From positions 763 to 64,762 of the forward strand of contig MIYU01000019.1 of NCBI GenBank assembly GCA_001875425.1: 64,000 nt of DNA, read 5' to 3'. The notes beneath the pieces were generated by a model. It had not been told where the DNA came from and did not search any database. It saw only the letters and a program-made list of their open reading frames with translations. Position numbers and translations under genes: made by a program. Origin of the DNA: Marine Group III euryarchaeote CG-Bathy1. Lineage in GTDB: Archaea; Thermoplasmatota; Poseidoniia; MGIII; CG-Epi1. Below, in pieces: positions 50,531-60,654 of this stretch (position 1 is its first letter; each line of letters starts with the position of its first letter).

Positions 50531-53500
50531 GTGGGATTACGAGAAAAACTGATGAATATTCACATCTCACCCCCAAAATATTTCCGCCAATTATTGGTTT
50601 TCTTAACAGTTTTACTTTTACTATCTCAAACAAATTTCGTCGCTATTACTTCCTCCACAACACAAAAGGCCGACAGTCAAGGATATGGCATTACAGAAGT
50701 ACTCGATTTAAATTTTAAAGAAATAAACGAGAAGGATAATCTGGATGATATCGTAGACCCTCTTTTGGATATAGCTAGGGATTCGTACAAGCAATCCACT
50801 CTAAATATAACAGAACTTGATGAAAATCACGACAGAGTCTCCTCATTAAATGCAAGTGAAGATATAGATGCCTCATTCGAGGAAAACATAATTGAAACCA
50901 ATATCGATTTATCTACAAGAGGGTTCTCTCCAACTGTAGTCAACGACCCAGAACCGGTCAGAGCCGGTATAATGGATTATATTTTAGGAAATCCCGATTT
51001 GTGGCCAGGTGATTTACTAGAGTTAGATACAATTTTCGATTTTTTCACTGATACTTATCTAATATATTATGAATATGATTATAATCAGAATGGAATTATT
51101 TGGAATCATTGTAGTGACGGTACGGAACCAACAACTCCTTGGAATGCTACTACCGGTCCTTGCAATGGTAATTGGATTTCAGAAACCCAACTAATCAGGG
51201 CCGATTTACTTCAATTTTTAGCTGGAGCCTCTATTCAAATTATTACAGACGCAATCATAGATACAATTGGTGAAGGACTCATTGCCGATCTTCTAATAGG
51301 TTTCTTGGATGGTCTTGATCAATCTGATTTGGCTTGGGAAACAATAGACATAGATGGGGATGGTGTGAATGACATGAAAGCACGCATGGTCCCTATTCTG
51401 TCTAATATAGATTTTGGAGCTTCATTAAATTTCTCTTTTCCGCCAGTCGATGACATCTCATTTGGAACTTCTGCCGGTTTAAGATTCGATTTAGAACCAT
51501 TAGATGGAACTGAAATTGAACATCCAATTGAAGTTTCTGTTATTAGAGGATTGACCTATACTACAACAGAGGACGACACCGTAACATACGTCTGGACAGT
51601 CAATTCTAGATTATCACATATGCCAGAAGAATATCATTGGGAGGCCTTGATTGAGAATTTTGGAGTAATTTGGGATCTTACTGGTGGCGGCATCAATCCT
51701 GGCGATGATCTCTCTGCACTTTCTCCACCATATATCATCAGTTACGGCCTTACTGGTGGTCCAGCCTTACCACAAAATAATGGTCTCGATCCTGAATTAA
51801 TTTTAACTCCAGGATATGTTAGATATGATTGGAATTCTGTTGGAGATGGGGCTCCTGCAGAAGATGCGATGGAAGATATGACTTTCTTAGAGATAGGTAT
51901 CAACAATCGAGGAGAACCAGTTCCTGCAGATTTCAGTTTGAAAATCTATGATCAAGGCAACGAAGCCGAAGAGGGAGATGAAATAGACGGTATCGAAGTA
52001 TTCGCTTCCAACAATGCCGCGAACGGCATTTTCGATTTCGATTTCACTTATTTCGAACACAACCGTGATCCAGAAGAAATTCACCCATTCTTTAATCATA
52101 TCACAGCAAGAATGGAAGGCGTACCGACTGGCGATATTCCAGAGGACGGCAGGCTGGCTTCTGTATGGTTAGAAGCAAGAAATGAAACAGGTTCTAAAGG
52201 ATCTAACTGGACTGCAGTAGAGCTCTATTCAAATGGCGTCATTGAATCTTTCACTTATGGTGATTATGAATACATGTCTGAAACAGATGAAGAAGCAACT
52301 TGGGATAATCATGATTATCGTCTATTCACAGGAATTGTTTTGAAAGATATACCGCAGTATCTCTTTCTAGAAGGGTCATTTCTAATCTTTTCAGATTCCG
52401 ATCCAGTAACTCCTGATGTAGATTTTGGAGGAGTAACCGAAGTTGCAAATTTCCTTAATTATGCAATGGTCACTATAGCGGCTAAACTATACAGCATAGG
52501 ATTGGTTCTGAGAGCTATTCCTGGGGCTGCATTAGGTATAAGTCTCGGAGGTGAAGGAGAGGATGGTGCAGTAGACCTCTATATGAGAACGGAGAGGGAT
52601 TTAGACCCTCAGAAGAAAGCATACATTGGTGAATTTTCCGTATACTTAACAAGTCACGCTTATTTGGATTTGAATGACAATAGTGAAGATAATTATTTAA
52701 CAATATATAATCAAACAGCCTTTCTTGAACAGAATTCTCCAAATCCAGATAGGGCTGCCTTATCTCAATTAAATCAAAATTTCACATTCAGTGGCCGATT
52801 ACGAGGTATCGGTGATATCCATTACGCTTCTCAAAATCAAACACGCACGGTCACAATTGATACAGATCCAATATCCGATTTACCTTTCCGAGTTTATTTT
52901 GAAAGTGCTGATGAAAATTTAACCGCAGATACTTGGGCCAATATTTCATTAAGTGATATTCCAAACAGACTAGAATTTGCATTCGATTCTGAAGCGTTTA
53001 GTTATAGTGGTGGTGAAGTGGTAGATGGTATAATTCTATCCAGCTTCGCGGACGGAACATATTCTAAATTCACTTTGGAACATATACCAGAAAACATTAA
53101 CGTTGGAACGGGCGATGGCGATTTCTTTTTGAATACTGATAGTTGGTTCAATTTCTCTTTTATAATAACAAATATAACTGATAACAATTCTGCCACCGCT
53201 ACTATTTGGGATGATTCTCTTTATGATGATAGTTACGTTCTTCTAACACAAAACAACGTTGAAGAAGTGGATTGGTCTGCAAGCCTTAGCGGTCGTTTGA
53301 ATTGGCTAGATGCATTAGAATTAGATAATTTAGGCAACGAATCTGAATTTAGATTATTCTTCCATCAACCCGCCGTTTTCAAAGTTGGCATTTTAGACAA
53401 TACAGATTATGGCGAAAATAGTGCTAAAGGTGTTAACGGTTATCTTTCCGTAGAGCCGTTACCAACTGAATTAGTTTTCACCATCTCTTCTAACGACGAA

Positions 53501-56077
53501 GCGGAAGGTCCAGGAGGAGAGCTAGGTAATATCACAGGGCTATCTGACATATCTAGAATACTTTCAGAATTGGCGAATTTAGGACGCTCTCTTGCAGACA
53601 TCATTTCTGAGGTTTCTATCAATCTCGTTTCAGATGTCGATTCTGTAGAGTCGAGTCTCAAATTCGATTATAGTATAGAAGAAGAGGTCAACATTGTTGC
53701 TTGGTTGAATAAAGGAGACATCACTCTTTTGGAAGAAGAAGAAAGATGGGTGCAAGGTGTTTGGTCATCACAAATTGAAACGGACGATGGAATCATTCTT
53801 GCTGCTAGACTATATCTTGTGGGACTTCCTAGGGTACTTGGTTTAGATTATGTTTCAAATAGAGATGATATAGATGTAAATTTGACGGTAGAAGGCTACA
53901 ATAAAGAAGGTATTGCAGAATATCTTCTATTCGATACAAATGGACTACTCGGTCCAAATTTAACAGCATATATTGGCCCATCAATATCCGATGAAGATCG
54001 CGGCGTTCCACAATCTTTAGATTTAAGCATTATAGGGGATTTAGTTGTAAATTCTAGCGCTGACAATTTCACAATAGATGGTTATCTAAACATTTCACAT
54101 TCAAGTGTAAATAACGACCCCTTGGGCCCTATTTATTTGGAAGTCAATGAAGGTGGAACAAGACCTTATTCTATTCGTGTTTTAATTCCAGAAATTCCAA
54201 ATACCATTTCGATTCATCTAATGGTTTCAGAGGATAATGTGGGTATTTCTTATAACGCAAGCGACGTACTAGGGACTTTCATTGTAGAAGTCGAAATAGG
54301 TAATACGGATGATTTGAACACAGATTGGTACAATGGAGTATCTTTCGATATTTCTGAAGATAATGACGTATCACTCAAAGCATTCCTTGTAGGCCTTCCT
54401 TCTGATTTATTGTTGAATTTCTACGACCCTTCAGAAGGTGGTGCTTGGCTAGATTTGAATATGCAAAATTTCAATGCTGCGCCAGCAGGTTATATGAATG
54501 ATTTAACATTAGATCTAAAAAATCTAAGCGACATGGATATCTTAGTTCACATAGGCGACTTACCTAGGAATTTTGATTTAACAGGAGATTTATTCGTCAG
54601 TTCAGGAGGTCCGAGTGCTACCAGCTCTCTAGGAATAAGTAGCATAGATTTAGATTTAGGTCTCAATTCAAGTGCACAATTAAATGAAATTTTTGTAAGT
54701 ATCCAAGACGTCGATACAGATTTACTTCTTGAATTATACACCCCCACACTCCCTCAAGTCCTAACTTTAAACGCCTCCATAACTGGCGACGTTGCTTTTG
54801 ATTTATCGCTCTCTTCACCTATACAAGAGGTAATTCTTTTCGTAGATTTAGGTGATACTACTTTACTAAATCCTTATTGGACACACGGCGTAGTTTTCCT
54901 TCAAAATAACGATTCAACAGCCTTTAGATTATATGAAAAAGGAGAGATTACTGCAGCTCATCTTAATTTCTTAAACGACGAACCAAAAGACATATACATC
55001 ATGTTAGAAAATTGGAGCCCAGATTTACTCTCTGGAGATGCTCCCGAATGGGCAATAGTAGATGTCGATACGGGTGTAGACGGCAGCTCAACATTCTTGT
55101 ATATTGACGATATTCAGGAAAATAACATTATAGAAGGACATTTCATTATCGCCACAGATGAGGAAAAAGGAATCGATACAGACGCTTCCTTTGATGTTAC
55201 CACTAGTTCAGGTATAGGCTCAGCTTACATTCAGGCAATAAATCGTACTCGGCCAACCAATACCGAACTATATCTCGATGATTTACCAGATGATTTATCC
55301 GCAACAGTACTTTCAGGCAGGTCAATAGAGATTAACTATACGGCTAGCGATCCGACAGATTATGTTTGGGTTTACTCTTCTAAGAAAGTATTGGATAATT
55401 GGGTAAGTGCATATGCACTCGTTCATGACGTTTCTACGTATATGAATTTAGCAGTTCTTCCATATTATGGCTATGATATGGATCGGCCATTTATTTTACA
55501 AGGTCTTCCAACAGTAACAGTTGGCACTTCTAACAATTCTCTAGATGTTATCTTGATAGTAGATCCAGGTTATTCTGGCGGGTTTACAGGCACAGCACTC
55601 GATGCAGAGAACGTAGGGGATGGCACCTTCATCGGGCTGAACGAGCTAGGAAATTATGTCATAAGTGCACCAAACGGCGTCGACAAAGCATACTATCGTC
55701 TTTCGAATGCACCAACAACTCCTCAATTCTCTCTTAATAAATTCGAAATTTACGCTGATAATATCTCTTATGTAGAACTTACGACAACCCAACTCTTTGG
55801 AGTTTATCCAATTTTTGCATTACACAAAGCAAACGGAGGAAATCTAACCTTCATTATAGGCGCAAGTATTCGACCCGTCGAAGGTATGGAATTCAAAGCC
55901 AATTCTGTCATGCTAGATTTAAGAACTAAAGAATTTGGCGGTCTACCTATTTTACCGACGTGGTTAGGAATCTCAAATAATGGAATAAACGGTGAATTCG
56001 GCAAAGACGAAAGTCACTATATCATGCCGGAGCCCGTTCTAAGTTTAGTTTATACTGTATTAGGAGAAATATTATGA
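50531..56077 (+). CDS. Very large acidic, beta-rich exported protein of unknown function
   Basis: 1848-aa ORF, N-terminal hydrophobic segment, DIDGDGVND Ca-binding-like loop, internal repeats. Confidence 0.8.
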   Translation: MGLREKLMNIHISPPKYFRQLLVFLTVLLLLSQTNFVAITSSTTQKADSQGYGITEVLDLNFKEINEKDNLDDIVDPLLDIARDSYKQSTLNITELDENHDRVSSLNASEDIDASFEENIIETNIDLSTRGFSPTVVNDPEPVRAGIMDYILGNPDLWPGDLLELDTIFDFFTDTYLIYYEYDYNQNGIIWNHCSDGTEPTTPWNATTGPCNGNWISETQLIRADLLQFLAGASIQIITDAIIDTIGEGLIADLLIGFLDGLDQSDLAWETIDIDGDGVNDMKARMVPILSNIDFGASLNFSFPPVDDISFGTSAGLRFDLEPLDGTEIEHPIEVSVIRGLTYTTTEDDTVTYVWTVNSRLSHMPEEYHWEALIENFGVIWDLTGGGINPGDDLSALSPPYIISYGLTGGPALPQNNGLDPELILTPGYVRYDWNSVGDGAPAEDAMEDMTFLEIGINNRGEPVPADFSLKIYDQGNEAEEGDEIDGIEVFASNNAANGIFDFDFTYFEHNRDPEEIHPFFNHITARMEGVPTGDIPEDGRLASVWLEARNETGSKGSNWTAVELYSNGVIESFTYGDYEYMSETDEEATWDNHDYRLFTGIVLKDIPQYLFLEGSFLIFSDSDPVTPDVDFGGVTEVANFLNYAMVTIAAKLYSIGLVLRAIPGAALGISLGGEGEDGAVDLYMRTERDLDPQKKAYIGEFSVYLTSHAYLDLNDNSEDNYLTIYNQTAFLEQNSPNPDRAALSQLNQNFTFSGRLRGIGDIHYASQNQTRTVTIDTDPISDLPFRVYFESADENLTADTWANISLSDIPNRLEFAFDSEAFSYSGGEVVDGIILSSFADGTYSKFTLEHIPENINVGTGDGDFFLNTDSWFNFSFIITNITDNNSATATIWDDSLYDDSYVLLTQNNVEEVDWSASLSGRLNWLDALELDNLGNESEFRLFFHQPAVFKVGILDNTDYGENSAKGVNGYLSVEPLPTELVFTISSNDEAEGPGGELGNITGLSDISRILSELANLGRSLADIISEVSINLVSDVDSVESSLKFDYSIEEEVNIVAWLNKGDITLLEEEERWVQGVWSSQIETDDGIILAARLYLVGLPRVLGLDYVSNRDDIDVNLTVEGYNKEGIAEYLLFDTNGLLGPNLTAYIGPSISDEDRGVPQSLDLSIIGDLVVNSSADNFTIDGYLNISHSSVNNDPLGPIYLEVNEGGTRPYSIRVLIPEIPNTISIHLMVSEDNVGISYNASDVLGTFIVEVEIGNTDDLNTDWYNGVSFDISEDNDVSLKAFLVGLPSDLLLNFYDPSEGGAWLDLNMQNFNAAPAGYMNDLTLDLKNLSDMDILVHIGDLPRNFDLTGDLFVSSGGPSATSSLGISSIDLDLGLNSSAQLNEIFVSIQDVDTDLLLELYTPTLPQVLTLNASITGDVAFDLSLSSPIQEVILFVDLGDTTLLNPYWTHGVVFLQNNDSTAFRLYEKGEITAAHLNFLNDEPKDIYIMLENWSPDLLSGDAPEWAIVDVDTGVDGSSTFLYIDDIQENNIIEGHFIIATDEEKGIDTDASFDVTTSSGIGSAYIQAINRTRPTNTELYLDDLPDDLSATVLSGRSIEINYTASDPTDYVWVYSSKKVLDNWVSAYALVHDVSTYMNLAVLPYYGYDMDRPFILQGLPTVTVGTSNNSLDVILIVDPGYSGGFTGTALDAENVGDGTFIGLNELGNYVISAPNGVDKAYYRLSNAPTTPQFSLNKFEIYADNISYVELTTTQLFGVYPIFALHKANGGNLTFIIGASIRPVEGMEFKANSVMLDLRTKEFGGLPILPTWLGISNNGINGEFGKDESHYIMPEPVLSLVYTVLGEIL

Positions 56078-56526
56078 ATCTAAATCAAAGAAACAAACAA
56101 CTCACAACAATACTGTTGTACGGTTTTCTAATATTTATTCTATTGAGCACTTCGTATCTCTATATTTTTCCCAGAACTGAAGTAGAAGTAAAAACAGCAT
56201 ATCACCATTCCTTTTCAGGCGCCTTTTTACAAGTACGAATAACTAATGCAGGTACACATGATGTCACCGATGTCTCATTAGAAATAACAGTATGGAAAGA
56301 TGAAGATCTTATTAATTCCACAATACATGAAATGGATATATTGGCAAATAGAGAATCGATAAAACTCCCTGAACTTATGTTTTATTCTGAAGCTCAACTT
56401 ACACACACTGCAGTGATCACTCTCACATTCACTGAAGGCGATACAGTTCAACGATCCGTCTGGTCTTACGAAATCAAAGATTATGCCAATTTATTTTGGG
56501 AGGACCAGTACTTAAAATGGGGTTAG
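56074..56526 (+). CDS. Small N-terminally anchored protein with Ig-like (CARDB-like) domain
   Basis: One TM, then VRITNAGT..V.DV.LEI beta-sandwich pattern; ATGA overlap with upstream gene. Confidence 0.65.
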   Translation: MNLNQRNKQLTTILLYGFLIFILLSTSYLYIFPRTEVEVKTAYHHSFSGAFLQVRITNAGTHDVTDVSLEITVWKDEDLINSTIHEMDILANRESIKLPELMFYSEAQLTHTAVITLTFTEGDTVQRSVWSYEIKDYANLFWEDQYLKWG

Positions 56527-57341
56527 AAGGACATCCAATTTCAGCTTCAGATTTAGAGAGATATGGTTATTGCCCACTCTCTTGGAAACTTCATAAAGAT
56601 GGAGTTGACGCAGAGGGAAAAGAAATTATAGCTGGAACTAAAAAAAAACGCGAAGTCCGCAACATTCTTCAAAATCTATTCAATCAAGAACACTACAGCG
56701 ATTCCTCTTACCAAAATTTTAATTCTGTTATAAAAGTAGCAATATTCACCAACCTCATAGGTATTCTTTTTCTCTTATTTGTTAATTCATTAGTAGGCTA
56801 TTTTCTAATATCTTTAAGCTTTATTTGGCTCATAATCGCTTCTCTTTATCTTTATTTCTTTCTTTATTCTCATGAAACTGCTGATGAAATAAAGGCCAAA
56901 TTAGACGTCGAAGATAAGAAATCGAATAATAGCGAACACAGAATTAACACTCCAAAATTATTCTCCAACAGCATCGGTCTATGCGGTAAACCTACTTATG
57001 TTTTGGAAAACAATGATGAAATAATACCAGTAGACGTTAAGTCAGGCAGAAAACCGGAAAAACCATTTTTCAACCACGTTCTTCAAAATGCAGCATATTG
57101 TTTCTTAGTAGAAGAACAATTAGAAACCAAAGTACCACATGGAATCATTAGATATGGCATGAAAGAAAAATCACATACTGTAACATGGGATGAAGATCTT
57201 AAAAATCTTCTAATAGAAAAAGTATCTGAAATGGAAAAAATCTTGAATGGAGATTCTGAAGCACACCGAAATCATAATCGGCCAGGAAAATGTAAAAATT
57301 GCTCCAGAAAGGAAGCATGTCCCGAAAGATTAGACAATTAA
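56517..57341 (+). CDS. Solo Cas4-like PD-(D/E)XK protein with Fe-S cysteines and two inserted TM helices
   Basis: SASDL..YGYCP, GKPT, VDVKSG, QNAAY, CKNCSRKEAC; start placed at ATG 56517. Confidence 0.82.
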   Translation: MGLEGHPISASDLERYGYCPLSWKLHKDGVDAEGKEIIAGTKKKREVRNILQNLFNQEHYSDSSYQNFNSVIKVAIFTNLIGILFLLFVNSLVGYFLISLSFIWLIIASLYLYFFLYSHETADEIKAKLDVEDKKSNNSEHRINTPKLFSNSIGLCGKPTYVLENNDEIIPVDVKSGRKPEKPFFNHVLQNAAYCFLVEEQLETKVPHGIIRYGMKEKSHTVTWDEDLKNLLIEKVSEMEKILNGDSEAHRNHNRPGKCKNCSRKEACPERLDN

Positions 57342-57389
57342 AATCGACCATTACAGGTTTAAATCAAGTTTTGACTAGGGTAACTCACG

Positions 57390-58028
57390 ATGGTCCCTGT
57401 CAAAGTAGCTATTTCTGGCCATCCGGGTTCAGGTAAGACTTCAACACTACTCCGGATTGCTCAGATGCTTAGTGATGAATACTCTATAGGTGGTTTTACA
57501 ACACACCCTATCAAAGAAGAGGGGTATATCGTCGGTTACGGGTTGAAAAATTATACAACAGAGTTGTGCGATGAATGTGCACCAAAAACTCAAAACGATA
57601 AAACTCCGACTTCGCATTGTGAAGCATGCGGAGCTTATGAACAAGGTATAGTAGCTTCAAAAAATTGGGATGTAAAACCTCGAATTACTGTTCTTCATGA
57701 TGAAGAACCTGTCAATTTAGGAATACAACTATCTGTTGTTAATAAAATTGCAACAAAGTCGGTCAAGGATGCTATTGAAAATAAAGATTTAATAATTGTT
57801 GATGAAGTGGGCAAACTAGTTTCAGAATCTCCAGAATTTAGTGAAGTTCTTACAGAAGCTCTTGATTCAGGCAAACCAATGATTCTAACAATACACAAGA
57901 GATCTAGAAATCCATTGTTACAAAACATAAGAAAGAGAGATGATTTGCGCACACTCGAAGTCACTCCGATAAATTCAGCCATGCTACCTTCTAAGGTTGT
58001 TAGTATTTTGAAACACGGTATGGTTTGA
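57390..58028 (+). CDS. Nucleoside-triphosphatase THEP1 family
   Basis: GHPGSGKT, GGFTT, IIVDEVGK, TIH. Confidence 0.88.
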   Translation: MVPVKVAISGHPGSGKTSTLLRIAQMLSDEYSIGGFTTHPIKEEGYIVGYGLKNYTTELCDECAPKTQNDKTPTSHCEACGAYEQGIVASKNWDVKPRITVLHDEEPVNLGIQLSVVNKIATKSVKDAIENKDLIIVDEVGKLVSESPEFSEVLTEALDSGKPMILTIHKRSRNPLLQNIRKRDDLRTLEVTPINSAMLPSKVVSILKHGMV

Positions 58029-59065
58029 TTTTAGAGGAAGGAAAAATAGCCTTTGAGGGCCAAATATCTGGCAAAGGAAAAGGCCCGGGCAAAATAGATG
58101 GGGTGTTTTACAATCCTGCTATGAAATTATGCAGAGATTTACATGTAGCACTTTTCAATAAAATAAATTTTAAAGGTTGCATGTTGGATGCAATGTCTGC
58201 TACAGGCATCAGAGGTCTTAGAATAGCTAAAGAATGTAATGTAACAGTAGATTTTTGCGATAAAAATCCAGAAGCTGTAGAATTAATCACTGAAAATTTA
58301 AAACTCAATAAATTAAAAGCGGATGTTTATCGAAAAAATGCATCCATTCTTCTCCATGAAAAACTTTACGATGCAGTTGACATAGATCCCTTCGGTAGCC
58401 CTGCTCCTTACATTTTAACAGCCCTTAATGGTCTTAGAAATGGAGGAATTTTAGCAATCACTGCTACCGACACCGGGGCTCTTTGCGGCACATATCAAAA
58501 AGCTTGTTTTAGAAGGTACAAAGCAATTAATCGCAAGTCAATTTCTTCTAAGGAATTTGCACTTAGAATACTTACAGGCTTCACCGCTAGACAAGCAGCT
58601 CTTTTAGATATGGGTATCGAAGTTATTTTGGGATATTATGAGGGTCACCATTTTCGAGTTTATTTGAAAATACACAGAGGTGCAAACAGAGCCGATAAAT
58701 CGTTAGCAATGGTAAAACACGTATCTTCTGATTTTCAGATAATCAATCATTCAACCCCAGATAGTTACGGTCCAATGTGGACAGGAAATATAGCGGATGA
58801 AAAATATCTCCCAGAAATCAATCCAGATAACAAGAAATTATACAAGCTAATAAATATCTTAAAATCTGAATGTAAAGGTCCCTTAGGATTACAAGATTTA
58901 GTTAAACTATCTCAAGAAACCAAAATTAATATGCCAAAAAGAGATTCAATAATTGAACTTCTTAAATCGAAAGGCTTTTTCGCCAGTCAAAGTATTTTCT
59001 CCCCTCTAGGGATTAGAACGGATGCATCAAAATCCGTTTGTTTGGAGATCATTTCAAATGCCTAA
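58025..59065 (+). CDS. trm1: tRNA (guanine26-N2)-dimethyltransferase
   Basis: VFYNP, DAMSATGIRGLR, DIDPFGSP, TATD, GPMWTG. Confidence 0.95.
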   Translation: MILEEGKIAFEGQISGKGKGPGKIDGVFYNPAMKLCRDLHVALFNKINFKGCMLDAMSATGIRGLRIAKECNVTVDFCDKNPEAVELITENLKLNKLKADVYRKNASILLHEKLYDAVDIDPFGSPAPYILTALNGLRNGGILAITATDTGALCGTYQKACFRRYKAINRKSISSKEFALRILTGFTARQAALLDMGIEVILGYYEGHHFRVYLKIHRGANRADKSLAMVKHVSSDFQIINHSTPDSYGPMWTGNIADEKYLPEINPDNKKLYKLINILKSECKGPLGLQDLVKLSQETKINMPKRDSIIELLKSKGFFASQSIFSPLGIRTDASKSVCLEIISNA

Positions 59066-59122
59066 TCTTTATAAGAACCCCTTCAGTGACAAATCCTCTT
59101 CAGATAGGTAGGTAGTTGTAAA

Positions 59123-59389
59123 ATGGAAGTTTCACTGTTAAAAAATACGAAAACAGAATTGGAAATTGAAATTCGAGGCGCTAGCGAAACGCTTCTAATT
59201 CCACTATTAAACAAAACACTTGCCGATTCAAAAGTGGATTATGCTTCATATTATACGGGACACATAATTTTAGATGATCCTCGTTTTTATTTGAGAACTA
59301 AAAAGAGCTCTCCACACAAAGTACTTCTGTCTGCTACAGATTCCGTACTCAAAGATATTGCTACGGTTCAAAAGACAATATCTAAGTAA
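59123..59389 (+). CDS. rpoL: RNA polymerase subunit L (Rpo11)
   Basis: LEIEIRG..ETL, V.YASY..GH...DDP.F.LRT. Confidence 0.85.
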   Translation: MEVSLLKNTKTELEIEIRGASETLLIPLLNKTLADSKVDYASYYTGHIILDDPRFYLRTKKSSPHKVLLSATDSVLKDIATVQKTISK

Positions 59390-60654
59390 TGCCAAATTCC
59401 TATCTTTCCGAGGTAGGTAATGAAAAATATTCTACAGAATTATCTGGTATTGGTGGAAAACTCCGCGACACTCCTGATGACTTCGAAGTTCGAGAAATCA
59501 GCATAATCCCTTCTCTATCTCTTACTGGTAAACATACTGTAGCAAAAGTAACATCAAGAAATTGGGAAACTAATACATTACTTAGAATTCTAGCTAAATA
59601 TTTAGGAATCTATTCCGAAAGAATAGGGTTTGCTGGAACTAAGGACAAAAGAGCAGTAACTACACAATTACTTTCATTTCCTGTAGGTGAAAACCAAGTA
59701 TCTAACTTAGATATCAAAGATGTAACAATCGATATTTTAGGCAAAACTAACAGAAAAATAAAGCTAGGTGAATTGGTAGGAAATGATTTCACAATTAAAA
59801 TAACAAATACTAAAAATGCAAAAGAGCACCTCCCTCCTTTAATTTCAATATTGAAAAAAGGATTTCCAAACTATTTTGGCGTTCAGCGCTTCGGTTCTAT
59901 TAGGCCTATAACTCATTTAGTCGGAAGAGAAATCGTTAACAATAATTTTGAAGAAGCTGTTAAAATATATCTATATGCTGAATCTAATGTAAAAGAGGAA
60001 GATAGAAGTTTCTTACGTAGTTTAGATAGTTGGGAAAGTACTTTAGAAAACTTACCAGGACGTTGGCTTTATGAGCGAGATTTAGTAAAGCATTTAATTT
60101 CTAAAGATGGAGATTTTAAAGGAGCTATACGTAAATTACCTCTAAATCTCTCCAGATTATTCGTTCATGCTTATCAAGGGGCGATTTTCAATAAAATAAT
60201 AGAATCCAGATTAGATTCAGGAATTCCACTTAACGCCCCCCAAATAGGTGATTTAATTTTACCAGAAGATAGTAATGGTTGCCCCAATTCAAACAGAGCA
60301 ATCGAAGTTACATCCTTTAATTTAGAAAAAATAGAGAAAAGATGTCTAGAGGGTAGGGCCTGGGTTTCTGGTTTAATTCCCGGCGTCGATTGTAGCACTG
60401 CAGGAGGAATACAAGGAGAAATAGAAAACAAAACTCTCTCTCTTTTTGACGTAGATAAAGAAAACTTTACAATACCACATTTACCCGTACTATCATCCTT
60501 CGGAAAAAGACGAGCTTTACATGAAATCCCAAAAAACCTGTCAACTGAAATAACAGATGATGCCGTCACAGTAAATTTTGCCTTAAACAAAGGAAGCTAC
60601 GCAACTTCTTTTTTACGTGAAATAATAAAATCTAAGAATCTTTCGGACTATTGA
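59389..60654 (+). CDS. truD: tRNA pseudouridine(13) synthase TruD/Pus7
   Basis: DF.VRE, AGTKDKRAVTTQ, GNDF, PNYFGVQRFG, GSYAT..LREI. Confidence 0.96.
   Translation: MPNSYLSEVGNEKYSTELSGIGGKLRDTPDDFEVREISIIPSLSLTGKHTVAKVTSRNWETNTLLRILAKYLGIYSERIGFAGTKDKRAVTTQLLSFPVGENQVSNLDIKDVTIDILGKTNRKIKLGELVGNDFTIKITNTKNAKEHLPPLISILKKGFPNYFGVQRFGSIRPITHLVGREIVNNNFEEAVKIYLYAESNVKEEDRSFLRSLDSWESTLENLPGRWLYERDLVKHLISKDGDFKGAIRKLPLNLSRLFVHAYQGAIFNKIIESRLDSGIPLNAPQIGDLILPEDSNGCPNSNRAIEVTSFNLEKIEKRCLEGRAWVSGLIPGVDCSTAGGIQGEIENKTLSLFDVDKENFTIPHLPVLSSFGKRRALHEIPKNLSTEITDDAVTVNFALNKGSYATSFLREIIKSKNLSDY

Noticed and set aside
56517-57341. CRISPR-Cas locus
   Set aside because: No cas1/cas2, effector genes or repeat-spacer array in the window
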